Both the position numbers and the translations under genes were made by a program. 64,000 bases of DNA from an uncultured bacterium. Its GTDB lineage: Bacteria > Ratteibacteria > UBA8468 > B48-G9 > DSTR01. Shown here in pieces: positions 44,590-54,216 of this stretch. Under the pieces are notes generated by a model, which saw only the letters and a program-made list of their open reading frames with translations, did no database searches and was not told the origin of the DNA. Where the stretch lies: positions 78,503-142,502 of the forward strand of contig CAZYCA010000044.1 of the NCBI GenBank assembly GCA_964645405.1, written 5' to 3'. The first letter of the stretch is position 1; the number at the start of each line of letters is the position of its first letter.

Positions 44590-44945
44590 TAAGGACTGGC
44601 CTGGCTTTCTGTGAAGTATCCTTTATCAGAAAAGTGCTGGCAGAAAAGAAAGAGAAGAAATTTTTTACCAGCCAGGAATTGGCCAGAGGAAATCATCTCT
44701 CCCGGGCTGTTCACCTTTCAGGGGTGCTGGCAGCCAAGAAGGCTTTTCTGGACGCTCTCCAGAAGCCAGGATTTCAGCCACTTAACCAGATAAATATCCA
44801 CTCTTTAACAACAGGCTGTCCTGTACTGCAGACAGATTGTCCTTCCCTGAAATCTGCTTTACGCAAGAAAAAAGTTTGTATTTCTATCTCCCATACCAGG
44901 AAAACAGGAGTTGCTTTCTGTCTGATTTATTCCAGGAAAAAATAA
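44586..44945 (+). CDS. Holo-ACP synthase (AcpS)-like protein lacking both conserved Mg-ligand acidic residues
   Basis: Overall AcpS layout: GLAFCEV aligns to GIDIx[14 protein letters not shown] to FAAKEAxxKAL, and [16 protein letters not shown] to the HT/HS motif strand. Asp and Glu are replaced by Ala and Lys. The start overlaps the rpmA stop. Confidence 0.45.
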   Translation: MIRTGLAFCEVSFIRKVLAEKKEKKFFTSQELARGNHLSRAVHLSGVLAAKKAFLDALQKPGFQPLNQINIHSLTTGCPVLQTDCPSLKSALRKKKVCISISHTRKTGVAFCLIYSRKK

Positions 44946-44946
44946 G

Positions 44947-45831
44947 ATGGAGGAACAGGAAAATAAGAGAAATTATCCCTGGGAGAAAAGGAATCCGGAA
45001 AGCCACAAGGGTAGTTACGGTCATCTTTTTGTCATGGGAGGGAGTCCTGGTTTTACCGGTGCAGTATGCCTGGCAGCGCAGGCAGCGCTGAGAAGTGGTG
45101 TCGGACTGGTGACAGTAGGTATTCCAGAAAGTCTAAATGATATTCTGGAAGTGAAGCTAACTGAACCAATGAGTTTACCTTTACCAGAAACAGGGGAGAA
45201 AACTTTTTCTCTCAGGGCTGCAGAATTAGCACTTGATTTCATTCGTGAAAGGAGTGATGCGGCAGTCATTGGTCCAGGAATTTCTCTTCATCCAGAAACG
45301 ATAAACTGTCTGACTTCTTTAATTCCGCAGATTCCGGTTCCCATGGTCATAGATGCAGATGCTTTAAAAATTATCTCTACCAGAATGGAGATTATGAAAA
45401 AGCTGAAAGCACCAGTTATTTTGACACCACATCCCGGGGAAATGGGATATTTAGTGGGTAAGTCCGCAGCAGAGGTGCAAAAGGATAGGCTGAATCTTGC
45501 CAGGAGACTGGCTGAAGAATATCAGGTAGTTGTTGTCCTTAAAGGCCATCGGACAGTGGTAACAGACGGCCATAACGCTACTATTAATCTTACAGGAAAT
45601 GCTGGTATGGCTACAGCTGGTGCGGGTGATGTACTATCCGGAATAGCAGGTAGTTTCCTCGCACAGGGAATGCAGACCCTGGAAGCCGCTTCCTGGGCAG
45701 TGTACTTTCATGGTCTGGCTGGTGATTTAGCAGTCTCAGCAAAAGGTGAGATATCCTTGATCGCTTCTGATTTGATAGAATATCTACCTCTGGCTTTCCA
45801 GATGTTTAAAAGGAAAGGTGCTCCTTCCTGA
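44947..45831 (+). CDS. ADP/ATP-dependent NAD(P)H-hydrate dehydratase (YjeF C-terminal domain, Nnr2)
   Basis: HKGSYGHLFVMGGSPGFTGAVCLAAQAALRSGVGLVTVG together with a C-terminal GNAGMATAGAGDVLSG motif typical of the YjeF-C carbohydrate-kinase fold. Confidence 0.75.
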   Translation: MEEQENKRNYPWEKRNPESHKGSYGHLFVMGGSPGFTGAVCLAAQAALRSGVGLVTVGIPESLNDILEVKLTEPMSLPLPETGEKTFSLRAAELALDFIRERSDAAVIGPGISLHPETINCLTSLIPQIPVPMVIDADALKIISTRMEIMKKLKAPVILTPHPGEMGYLVGKSAAEVQKDRLNLARRLAEEYQVVVVLKGHRTVVTDGHNATINLTGNAGMATAGAGDVLSGIAGSFLAQGMQTLEAASWAVYFHGLAGDLAVSAKGEISLIASDLIEYLPLAFQMFKRKGAPS

Positions 45832-45855
45832 AGCCTGGTAGTTTCCGGAGATTTT

Positions 45856-46179
45856 TTAAGAAACAGGGCTACCAGGTGGCAAATCCCTGTCCAGGGTTAA
45901 AATTGCCAGCTGATTGTTTGCCAGAGAAGCGAGAATCATTCCGTGACTTTCCACCCCGCGGATATTTTTGGTAGCAAGGTTGGTCAGGACAATCACGTTC
46001 TTACCCACCAGTTCCTCTTTCTGATACCAGGGTTTAATCCCGGCCACCATTTTTCTCTTTTCATTTCCTAAATCCACTGTCACCAGATAGAGTTTGTCAG
46101 CGTTTGGATGGTCCTCAACGTCTACCACCTTCCCCACTCTTAAATCCATTTTCTTGAATTCCTCAAAAGAAATATCCAT
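45856..46179 (-). CDS. csaA: tRNA-binding protein of the CsaA/Trbp111 type (EMAP-like OB fold)
   Basis: 107 aa: KMDLRVGKVVDVEDHPNADKLYLVTVDLGNEKRKMVAGIKPWY...ESHGMILAS, characteristic of CsaA and the MetRS C-terminal tRNA-binding domain. Confidence 0.75.
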   Translation of the reverse strand: MDISFEEFKKMDLRVGKVVDVEDHPNADKLYLVTVDLGNEKRKMVAGIKPWYQKEELVGKNVIVLTNLATKNIRGVESHGMILASLANNQLAILTLDRDLPPGSPVS

Positions 46180-46909
46180 ATTGCCCCCTTTTCCGTTACT
46201 TATATCTCAGAAGACTTTCTCTGTCAAACCGTATGTGTAGTTAGAAAGTTAAAATGTCGTATTGCAATTTTTCTTTTCCTTTGTTGCACAAGGAGTTTCC
46301 AAGAGCAGGGTTTTTAATTCCCTGTAATTTCTATTGTTTGAAAGATAAAATGTCGTATTTTACCAGAGTAACTGTTCAATGAACTGGTCATGGTGGCACA
46401 CTCTTATCTTTTGATGAGCACAAAAATTCTTCCAGATAGCGCATTACATCCTCTTAACCTGGCTGAAAATAAAGACAATCCTTTCGGGTTTATCCTTGTG
46501 TTGCTATTTCTCAATTTAAAGTATTAAGTTTTTTTTGATGGTTTGATAGCGATCGGATTATGACATTCTATCTTTCTAATAACAACCGTAAGGTAAATAG
46601 CCAGGCAAGTTTAACTGATTTTGAAGGGCTGGTTAAAAATCCTGAATTCAGGCCGAAGATGAATTTCTCCGGTTAACAGTCTCTCCTGAAGTTTTCATCT
46701 CGCAGTCACTTTCGGTATAGTTTTTCCGCCTCCTGAAAAACTCTGTTTGCTTCCTCAATTAACCCTTAAGTGTCTGTTAAATAAAAGTAAATTCTTCAAG
46801 GAATATCATAAGCCCTGGAGAAATTCTGCCAGCGCTGGTAGAAACTCAAACTGCTAAGATGTTTGCACTGTTATCCTTTTCGTCGTAAACTAATTCTTAT
46901 GGAGAGGAA

Positions 46910-47890
46910 ATGACCAGCAGAGAAGTGGTGAAAAGAACAGTGGAGTTCAGGAAACCAGCCTGGCTGGCGCACAACTTTCCTGAGCCTTACGGCACAGATT
47001 TTGCCTGGACAGGGCTGGACCCTTCACCTGATGCCAGACCAAAGTCAGGTAAGGATGAATGGGGTGCTATCTGGGAAAATATCGGGGTCAGTAATCTCGG
47101 TCAGGTAAAGGATTTCCCCATAAAAGACTGGTCTGATTTTGACAGGTTGCGGATACCTGACATCAAAGAGCCACAGAGATACCGTCATCTGGCGACTGCC
47201 AGGGAAAAGGCAGGAGATAAGTTTCTCTTAGGTGGTGGTATTTCCATATATGAAAGGGTGCACTTTCTCAGAGGATTGGAAAACACCTGGTCTGATATCT
47301 ACCAACATCCAGATGATCTGGGAAAGTTACTGGACCTTCTGGTGGAGATGAACCTGGTAGTGATTGATCGTTACGCTAAAGCCGGAGTGGATGGGTACAT
47401 CTTCTGTGATGACTGGGGTCTTCAGAACAGGCTGATGATTTCTCCGGAGAAGTGGCGCGAGCTCTGGAAACCCCGTTACCGTCGCATCTACCAGGCATGC
47501 CACCAGGCTGGTCTGGTGAGTTTTCTGCATTCCTGTGGTTACATTATGGATATTCTGGATGATTTGATTGAGGTGGGACTGGATGTGATTTGTATGGACC
47601 AGCAAGAAAATATGGGACTGGAATTGCTGGGAAAAAGATTTGGTGGACGCATTACTTTTTACGCTCCGGTTGACATTCAGAACACAATGGTTTACGGCAG
47701 TATCCAGGAAATTCGGGCTTACTGCTGGAAGATGGTAAAGTTTCTTGGCCGGCCAGAAGGGGGGTTCATCGCTGCGTGGTATTCTGACCCGGTCGGGGCT
47801 GGGCATCGGCAGGAGGCTATTGATGCTATGTGCCAGGAGTTCCTGAAAATAAGCCAGCAGGTTTATGGTAGTTCAGGTGGAAATACCTGA
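46910..47890 (+). CDS. Uroporphyrinogen-decarboxylase (URO-D) family protein (MtaA/CmuA-like fold), function unknown
   Basis: 326 aa with URO-D-family (beta/alpha)8 features: FCDDWGLQNRLMISPEKWRE and HSCGYIMDILDDLIEVGLDVI. RBS GGAGAGGAA. Confidence 0.55.
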   Translation: MTSREVVKRTVEFRKPAWLAHNFPEPYGTDFAWTGLDPSPDARPKSGKDEWGAIWENIGVSNLGQVKDFPIKDWSDFDRLRIPDIKEPQRYRHLATAREKAGDKFLLGGGISIYERVHFLRGLENTWSDIYQHPDDLGKLLDLLVEMNLVVIDRYAKAGVDGYIFCDDWGLQNRLMISPEKWRELWKPRYRRIYQACHQAGLVSFLHSCGYIMDILDDLIEVGLDVICMDQQENMGLELLGKRFGGRITFYAPVDIQNTMVYGSIQEIRAYCWKMVKFLGRPEGGFIAAWYSDPVGAGHRQEAIDAMCQEFLKISQQVYGSSGGNT

Positions 47891-47920
47891 GAGAAAACAA
47901 AATTCACTGAGAGGAGAAAA

Positions 47921-48697
47921 ATGAAACTGGGGCTGGTGACTTATCAGCTGGCAGCAGAATGGGATTTAGATACCATTATCAAGAAAGGGAAAGAATTAGG
48001 TTATAAGGGGGTGGAATTGCGCACCACCCATGCGCACGGGGTGGAACCTTCCCTGAGTAAGGCAGAAAGGGAGAAGGTGAGAAAGAAATTTGCGGATTCA
48101 GCAGTGAAACTGGTAGGTCTTGGTTCAGTCTGTGACTATCACACTCCAGACCCGGAGGAATTAAAGAGAAAAATTGAGGAGACAAAGGCATTTGTTCTTT
48201 TAGCCAAAGATGTAGGTGCGGAAGGAGTAAAGGTCAGGCCAAATGCTTTTCCAGAAGGAGTGCCGAAAGAAAAAACAATAGAACAGATTGGTCTGAGTCT
48301 GGGTAAGGTCTCCAGGTTTGCTGCAGACTACGGGGTAAAAATTCGGCTGGAGGTTCACGGGGCAGGAACCGCACATCCACCTTTTATCAAGCAAATGGTG
48401 GATATCGCCAATCATCCTAACTGTTGTGTCTGCTGGAACTCTAACTTAACTGATCTGGACGAAAATGGGTGTATTGACAGGAATTTTAACCTTCTCAGCG
48501 ATAAGATAGAGATTGTTCACATCAATGAACTGAGCAACGAATATCCCTGGGTAAGATTGTTTTCCCTCCTCCAGAAAAGAAACTTCACCGGTTGGTGTCT
48601 GGCTGAGGTTGGGGGAAGTTCTGAGCCAGAAAGATTTTTCCGTTATTACCGGGCACTTTTTGAGGCTTATTGCCGCCTGGCTCAACTGTCACTTTGA
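47921..48697 (+). CDS. Sugar phosphate isomerase/epimerase (xylose-isomerase-like TIM barrel, AP endonuclease-2 superfamily)
   Basis: MKLGLVTYQLAAEWDLDTIIKKGKELGYKGVELR, metal-ligand pattern E...D...H...E across the barrel (LEVHG, HINEL). Confidence 0.6.
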   Translation: MKLGLVTYQLAAEWDLDTIIKKGKELGYKGVELRTTHAHGVEPSLSKAEREKVRKKFADSAVKLVGLGSVCDYHTPDPEELKRKIEETKAFVLLAKDVGAEGVKVRPNAFPEGVPKEKTIEQIGLSLGKVSRFAADYGVKIRLEVHGAGTAHPPFIKQMVDIANHPNCCVCWNSNLTDLDENGCIDRNFNLLSDKIEIVHINELSNEYPWVRLFSLLQKRNFTGWCLAEVGGSSEPERFFRYYRALFEAYCRLAQLSL

Positions 48698-50143
48698 TTA
48701 ATGCCTCACATCAATCTGGTAGAAATCAGTGTGGAATCCTGGCCATGAACTGTTGCGGTGGTCAGCAGTGGTATCCTTCCCCGGGGGTAAAGCCACAAAA
48801 TTGTTTTCTGCGACCAGGGAAGAATTACGCGCCTTATGTCTGGAGATAAGTTCGTTCTTCAGACGTTCCTTTTCTTCCTTAAATTCAGCTAAAAAAGCCA
48901 GATTTTTTAATTCCCGGGGGTCTGATTGTAAATCAAACAGTTGTTCTCCTGCGCCTTCCGGGTAGTAAATGTATTTCCATCTTCCATCGGTGATAGCAGT
49001 GTAACCCTTAGTACCTGCTGCTCCTGCTTCTAAGTATGTGCGGCTTTCTATTTGTCCTCTTGCCAGTTTTATTAAATCTATGCCATCAGTATCTTCCGGT
49101 GGACTTCCACCAGCAGCAGAAACAATTGTAGGTAGAATATCAGCATGTGTCACCAGGGTATGAATCTGGCTGCCATAACAGCGGTTGGTCCAGGTTTTGG
49201 GCATTCTTAGAACAAAAGGGATTCTGGCTGATGGCTCGTGAAAGAAAACTTTAGAACAGGTATGGTGGTCGCCTAAATACTCGCCATGGTCTGAGGTATA
49301 AATGATCAAGGTATTTTCCAGCATTCCAAGGTCCTGGAGGGCAGATAGAACACGTCCCAGATTATAGTCTATCTGGGTAATAAGACCGTAATAGGCAGCT
49401 CTTGCTTCCCTGATTATTTCCGGTGGCAGTATGTCATAGTCCAGAGCTTCGCGGAAACGGCGGAAGGGTAGCGGACAATGTTCCGGACCAGCCCAGTCAC
49501 CATAAACTGGTTCCGGGATAGGGCAGTTGCGGTACATGGAGTAGTATGGTTCCGGCGGGTCAAAAGGAGGATGTGGTTTGGTAAAGGAACACCAGAGGAA
49601 AAAAGGTACTGTAGGGTCGCGTCTTTCCAGGATGTATTCCAGACATTGTTCTGCTATCCAGGAAGTCAGGGTGAGAGATTCCGGGACAGTGGCCATACCC
49701 GGATACATTTCATTTTGTCCCAGTCCGTGGCGCATGGGCTGGAAAGGGAAGCCTGTTTTTCTAATCCAGCGGTAATAGTCTTCAGGCAGAATCATCTCGT
49801 CAAATCCATGCCTGGCACGTTGAGGGGAAAAATGCATCTTCCCGATGGCTGCTGTTTGGTATCCCAGTTCCCTGAGGTAAGCAGGCAGTGTACTTGTTCT
49901 TCCCATGACCTGGCTGGTTTTTCCGTTACCCCACATGCCATGGTGGAAGACGTATTTGCCGGTCATGATGCCTACCCTGGCAGGGACACAGATAGGACAA
50001 TCGGCATAGGCACGGGTAAAAGTTACTCCTTCCCGGCAGAGAAGGTTGAAATGGGGTGTTCTCATAAAGGAAGGAGCCTGCTGTGCACAGGTGTCAAATC
50101 TTTGCTGGTCTGTTGTTACCAGAAGGATATTCGGTTTTTCCAT
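48698..50143 (-). CDS. Cys-type sulfatase (arylsulfatase family) with no N-terminal signal peptide
   Basis: Sulfatase signature PICVPARVGIMTGK (C-x-P-x-R), N-terminus MEKPNILLVTTDQQRFD, metal ligands DQQ...D...H. Start preferred at the ATG at 50143. Confidence 0.8.
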   Translation of the reverse strand: MEKPNILLVTTDQQRFDTCAQQAPSFMRTPHFNLLCREGVTFTRAYADCPICVPARVGIMTGKYVFHHGMWGNGKTSQVMGRTSTLPAYLRELGYQTAAIGKMHFSPQRARHGFDEMILPEDYYRWIRKTGFPFQPMRHGLGQNEMYPGMATVPESLTLTSWIAEQCLEYILERRDPTVPFFLWCSFTKPHPPFDPPEPYYSMYRNCPIPEPVYGDWAGPEHCPLPFRRFREALDYDILPPEIIREARAAYYGLITQIDYNLGRVLSALQDLGMLENTLIIYTSDHGEYLGDHHTCSKVFFHEPSARIPFVLRMPKTWTNRCYGSQIHTLVTHADILPTIVSAAGGSPPEDTDGIDLIKLARGQIESRTYLEAGAAGTKGYTAITDGRWKYIYYPEGAGEQLFDLQSDPRELKNLAFLAEFKEEKERLKNELISRHKARNSSLVAENNFVALPPGKDTTADHRNSSWPGFHTDFYQIDVRH

Positions 50144-50150
50144 CTTTGCC

Positions 50151-50846
50151 TCACTTTCTTTTCTGTCCGTATCTGGATGAGTGGTACCTGTCAAACCATT
50201 TCTTTATCTCTGAATATGGCAGGGGAGAAATTTTATGCTTCAGCAGTCTGCTGAGGACTAAAGCGTAAAAGGAAGTTTGGGCACAGTATTCCGCCATTAA
50301 GGCGTAAAAGGCTGCTTTTTCCGGAGTTTCACCGACTGTGAAAAGACCGTGATTTCCGAGGATGATAGCAGGACAGCCCGTGGCATAGTAAGTTTTTAGA
50401 AAGGTTTTTCCTATAGCATCGGCTTTGTTGTCCACATAGGAAGTTACCGGGATTTCCTGGCCAAATACATCAGCATGTCCTGTAGAAAAAGTCGGCACTG
50501 CTAACTTGAGGATGGCAAATACTGTGGTAAAACAGGAGTGGGTATGCGCTACACCTCCGATTTCTTTAAGGTGGTTGTAAAGAAAAAGATGGTGGACAGT
50601 GTCTACAGAGGGTTTCAACCGGGAGATAATAACTTCTCCGTTAAGTTTCACTCTGACGAGATGTTGAGGTTGGAGTTTTTCGTAAGGTACCCCGCTGGGC
50701 TTAATCAAAATTTCTTTTCTCTCTCTGTTCAGCCCACTGACATTACCCTGGGTTCCATAGACCAGACGATTCTCCCAGAGAGATAAATTTGCCTGCCAGA
50801 TGGAGAAGCGCAACCTCTTAAGAAAGCTCTTTCTTTTCTTATTCAT
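50151..50846 (-). CDS. araD: Class II aldolase/adducin-family protein, likely L-ribulose-5-phosphate 4-epimerase
   Basis: GNVSGLNRERKEILIKPSGV and HTHSCFTTVFA (Zn-binding His cluster). Paired with a ribulokinase-like gene, which it overlaps by 8 nt. Confidence 0.6.
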   Translation of the reverse strand: MNKKRKSFLKRLRFSIWQANLSLWENRLVYGTQGNVSGLNRERKEILIKPSGVPYEKLQPQHLVRVKLNGEVIISRLKPSVDTVHHLFLYNHLKEIGGVAHTHSCFTTVFAILKLAVPTFSTGHADVFGQEIPVTSYVDNKADAIGKTFLKTYYATGCPAIILGNHGLFTVGETPEKAAFYALMAEYCAQTSFYALVLSRLLKHKISPLPYSEIKKWFDRYHSSRYGQKRK

Positions 50847-52521
50847 TAGTTTTACCCTTTAAGGAAAGAAGTTCCTTCATCACCTGGTAAAGACTTTCCC
50901 TGTAGTCTCTTGTGCCAAAGGAATCATGGAGTTTTCTGTAAAGTTCGTACAGGCGGTTATAAATCTGGTGGTTGGCTGAATCAGGCTGGTAAACTACCGG
51001 CTGGAAATGACATAGTCTTTCCTGTAACCGGGAAACTGAAGAAAAACCAGTTTTTTCTGGCCCGGCAACCACTGCTCCAAAGATAGCAGCTCCAAGGGCG
51101 CAGTTTTGAGAGGAGGCAGAAATTTTGAAGTTCCGGCCAATGACATCAGCATAAATCTGCATGAGGAAAGGGCTTTTTTCCGCAATTCCACCGCCGGTGA
51201 TAATCTCTGAGACTTTCACCCCATATTCTTCCAGTCTATCAATAATGACCCGGGCACCAAAGGCTGTAGCCTCAATTAAAGCACGGTAAACCTCAAAAGG
51301 TTTTGTTTTTAAGGTAAAACCAAGAATCAGCCCGGTTAATTTCTGGTCCACCAGAACTGTTCTGTTGCCATTGTGCCAGTCCAGAGCAAGTAACCCGGAT
51401 TCCCCTGGTTTCAGACACTTTGCCTGCTTTTCAAAGTAAGTATAAGAACGGCCAGGAAATTCAGGCATAAAGGTTTTTACAAACCAGTAGAATATATCAC
51501 CAACCGCTGACTGACCTGCTTCCAGACCATAGTAGCCAGGGACAATAGAATCAGGGACAATTCCGCACAGTCCTGGAATATCAGGCAAAGGCTGGTTCTC
51601 AGGGAAAATCATTAAGTCACAGGTAGAAGTACCCAGAATTTTCACCAGGGTCCGTTCTTTAATCCCGGAACCCACCGCTCCCATATGCGCATCAAAGGCA
51701 CCTACACTGAGGGGAATGTTTTCTGGAAGTTTCAGCCTTTCCGCCCAGGTACGGCAGAGGAACCCGGCCAGTTGACCTGCAGGATAAGCCTTCTGGTAAA
51801 GTCGGTTTCTTAATCCCCGGAAAGAGGGAGAAAGAGTACACAGGAATTCCTCATCAGGTAGTCCTCCCCAGTCTTCACTGTACATGGCTTTATGACCGGC
51901 AGCACAAATACTGCGGATAACTTCTGCAGGGGTTTTCTTGCCTGCAAGGAGAGCCGGAATAAAATCCACCAGTTCTACAAAACTGGCACTACAGGCAAAG
52001 ACTCTGGGGTCTACCCGGGAAAGGTGTAAAATCTTGGAAAAGAACCACTCGGAAGAGTAAACTCCGCCTATGCGGGCTAAATACTGTGGTCTTATTTTTC
52101 TTGCCAGTTGTGTAATTTCTTCGGCTTCTTCCACAGAAGTGTGGTCCTTCCACAACCAGGCATAAGCATTTTTGTTATTCTTAAACTCAGGATGAAAGGC
52201 TAATGGTGTCAGGCTGGCATCCACCGGTAAGGGGGTACTGCCGGTAGTGTCCACTCCAATACCAACAACTGCACCAGGTGAAAATTTTTTTTCTTTTTTC
52301 CGGGCTAGCTGGAGAAGTTTTTTGATTACCTTTTCCAGACAGACTACATAGTCAGCAGGATTCTGCCTGGCTAAATGCGGATTTTTTTCGTCCAGGATGA
52401 CCCCATCAGTCCCGGAAGGATAGGGGACAACACTTGCAGCAAGTTCTTCACCTGTTTTCAAGTTAACTAGAACGGCTCTGACAGAGTTAGTTCCAAAGTC
52501 AATCCCAAGAGAATAAGACAT
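50839..52521 (-). CDS. araB: FGGY-family carbohydrate kinase, ribulokinase-like
   Basis: MSYSLGIDFGTNSVRAVLVN (FGGY N-terminal motif). About 560 aa, typical of ribulokinases, with a C-terminal GGGIAEKSPFLMQIYADV motif. The ORF-track start at 52656 is 45 codons too long. Confidence 0.65.
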   Translation of the reverse strand: MSYSLGIDFGTNSVRAVLVNLKTGEELAASVVPYPSGTDGVILDEKNPHLARQNPADYVVCLEKVIKKLLQLARKKEKKFSPGAVVGIGVDTTGSTPLPVDASLTPLAFHPEFKNNKNAYAWLWKDHTSVEEAEEITQLARKIRPQYLARIGGVYSSEWFFSKILHLSRVDPRVFACSASFVELVDFIPALLAGKKTPAEVIRSICAAGHKAMYSEDWGGLPDEEFLCTLSPSFRGLRNRLYQKAYPAGQLAGFLCRTWAERLKLPENIPLSVGAFDAHMGAVGSGIKERTLVKILGTSTCDLMIFPENQPLPDIPGLCGIVPDSIVPGYYGLEAGQSAVGDIFYWFVKTFMPEFPGRSYTYFEKQAKCLKPGESGLLALDWHNGNRTVLVDQKLTGLILGFTLKTKPFEVYRALIEATAFGARVIIDRLEEYGVKVSEIITGGGIAEKSPFLMQIYADVIGRNFKISASSQNCALGAAIFGAVVAGPEKTGFSSVSRLQERLCHFQPVVYQPDSANHQIYNRLYELYRKLHDSFGTRDYRESLYQVMKELLSLKGKTNE

Positions 52522-52648
52522 TTTTGCCTTCTCCCGTAGAAGTTTGAAAGGTATTTTATCTTTAATCAGCCCTTTCAGACAAGTGGTGGGGTTCAGGTAG
52601 AAAATGACAGCGCTGTTTTCAGATGATAAAATTGAAGCAGGCAAAAAT

Positions 52649-54199
52649 ATGCGCACCGTTACTGTTTACTTTTCTGTGTTATTCATTCTTACAGAGTATC
52701 TCTGGTCAGGAACAGAAAGGGAAAATTTCGCCCTGGCAGTGGAGTATATGGTTCCAGGTCTGGCTGAGGTTTACGCCAGGACTGGTGTTAAGTGGGCTAA
52801 AGCCATGGGGCAGGGGTTTTCCTGGGCGGATATTGAACCCTCTGCCCCTGTCAAGGGCAAACATTCATATCGCTGGGATTTTACAGATAGATTAATTCTG
52901 GAATACCAGAAGGCTGGCTTCCAGAATTTTCACATCTATGTGAAAAGCATGAGTCCCTGGGCTTCTACCAAACCCGTGAAACTGATAGGCCACGGAAGTT
53001 CTCCCCTGAAACCCGAGCACATAGAAGATTATAAAGCTTTCCTCACCGCGCTGGTACAGCGTTACAATCTCCACCACCCTGACCATGTTCCCGGACTTCT
53101 CTATTCTGTGGAATACTGGGAAATTGAATCAGAGTGGGGCACTGGTTTCTGGCAGGGGACGGTTTCTGAATACCTGAATTTACTGAGGATAGCCTATTCC
53201 ACTGTCAAGAAAGCCAACCCTGAGGCAAAAGTTATTCTAATTGGTTTTTTTCTCGCCGGGCTTTTTGAAGGGCATCCTGATTTGCAGGAAATTCCACTTA
53301 CACTTTCCAAAATGCCAGCAAAGCGGAGGAAAATAACAGTTCAATACCTGACCGAGATGAAAGAACTTCTTGCTCATCCTGAAATTTTTGATGTCGTGGA
53401 ATTCCATTCTCTGAGCGACTGGAGCGAAATACCAGGGATGATAAGATTTCTTCGTCAAACGATGAAAGAATATAACTATGAAAAACCTATCTGGGTGGGC
53501 GATGTAAACTATACGGCTTCGCCACTGGTTTTCTGGGGTAATCCCGTTCCTCCTTATAGAGAGGAGCAGAAGCCTGCTATTCAGGAAACGCTGAAGGCTC
53601 TGGCTGAGGAAAAGCATCCCCGGAGAAAGGAAGTAATAACGTGGTTTCGGGCAGAACAGGCCAAAGGACTGGTGAAAAAAGCGGTTCTGGCAATGGCTGA
53701 AGGGGCACGAGGTATCAATCTGGGAAATCTAAAGGATGAACCTATGTTTGCTCTTGCTCCGGGTCTGGCAGGGACAGTGGCTTTTCAGGGGCTCATTGAC
53801 ACAGAGGGTATTCCGGCCAGACCTGGTAAGGAAAGACCGGCCTACAGAGCTTTAACTCTTCTGGTGGAAAAACTGGGTCATTTTTCCAGTGTGAAATCAC
53901 TGGCTTCTGGTACGGGTATCTACAGCTATGAATTTACCAGGGAAGGGAATAACAAAGTATATGTTTTCTGGTATGATGATGGTAAAAGATATCTTCCAGG
54001 AGATAAACAACCGGAGAAGGAAGTAAGCCTTGTGTTGCCAGGTGGCAGTTACCTACTTACAGAGATCCCCACTGGAGAAAAAACGGTGTTTGCGAGAACT
54101 ATTTTTCTTTCATCTTCAGGAATAAAGATAAAGCTTTCCACCACGCCTGTATTTCTGGAACCTGAATCCCGGAAAATGTCTTGCCCGGGTGAGAATTAG
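52649..54199 (+). CDS. Hypothetical secreted or membrane-anchored protein (about 516 aa), possibly a TIM-barrel glycosidase-like fold
   Basis: N-terminal hydrophobic segment MRTVTVYFSVLFILTEYLW. No confident family. Confidence 0.4.
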   Translation: MRTVTVYFSVLFILTEYLWSGTERENFALAVEYMVPGLAEVYARTGVKWAKAMGQGFSWADIEPSAPVKGKHSYRWDFTDRLILEYQKAGFQNFHIYVKSMSPWASTKPVKLIGHGSSPLKPEHIEDYKAFLTALVQRYNLHHPDHVPGLLYSVEYWEIESEWGTGFWQGTVSEYLNLLRIAYSTVKKANPEAKVILIGFFLAGLFEGHPDLQEIPLTLSKMPAKRRKITVQYLTEMKELLAHPEIFDVVEFHSLSDWSEIPGMIRFLRQTMKEYNYEKPIWVGDVNYTASPLVFWGNPVPPYREEQKPAIQETLKALAEEKHPRRKEVITWFRAEQAKGLVKKAVLAMAEGARGINLGNLKDEPMFALAPGLAGTVAFQGLIDTEGIPARPGKERPAYRALTLLVEKLGHFSSVKSLASGTGIYSYEFTREGNNKVYVFWYDDGKRYLPGDKQPEKEVSLVLPGGSYLLTEIPTGEKTVFARTIFLSSSGIKIKLSTTPVFLEPESRKMSCPGEN

Positions 54200-54216
54200 A
54201 TTAACCAGGAGGAAAA

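Noticed and set aside
45834-45882. Inverted repeat cctggtag ... ctaccagg between the convergent YjeF-C gene and csaA (possible bidirectional terminator)
   Set aside because: The stem is only 8 bp with a loop of about 33 nt, and the distal arm lies inside the csaA coding sequence. There is no flanking T-tract. It is not convincing as an intrinsic terminator.
47327-47806. 159-aa minus-strand ORF inside the URO-D-like gene
   Set aside because: No motif and no RBS, and it is contained entirely within a better-supported gene on the other strand.
49478-50254. 258-aa plus-strand ORF antisense to the sulfatase gene (plus 49578-49775 and 50083-50268)
   Set aside because: The opposite-strand sulfatase has diagnostic signatures (CxPxR, metal ligands). 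The antisense translation is Cys/Arg-rich with no motif. It is a shadow ORF.
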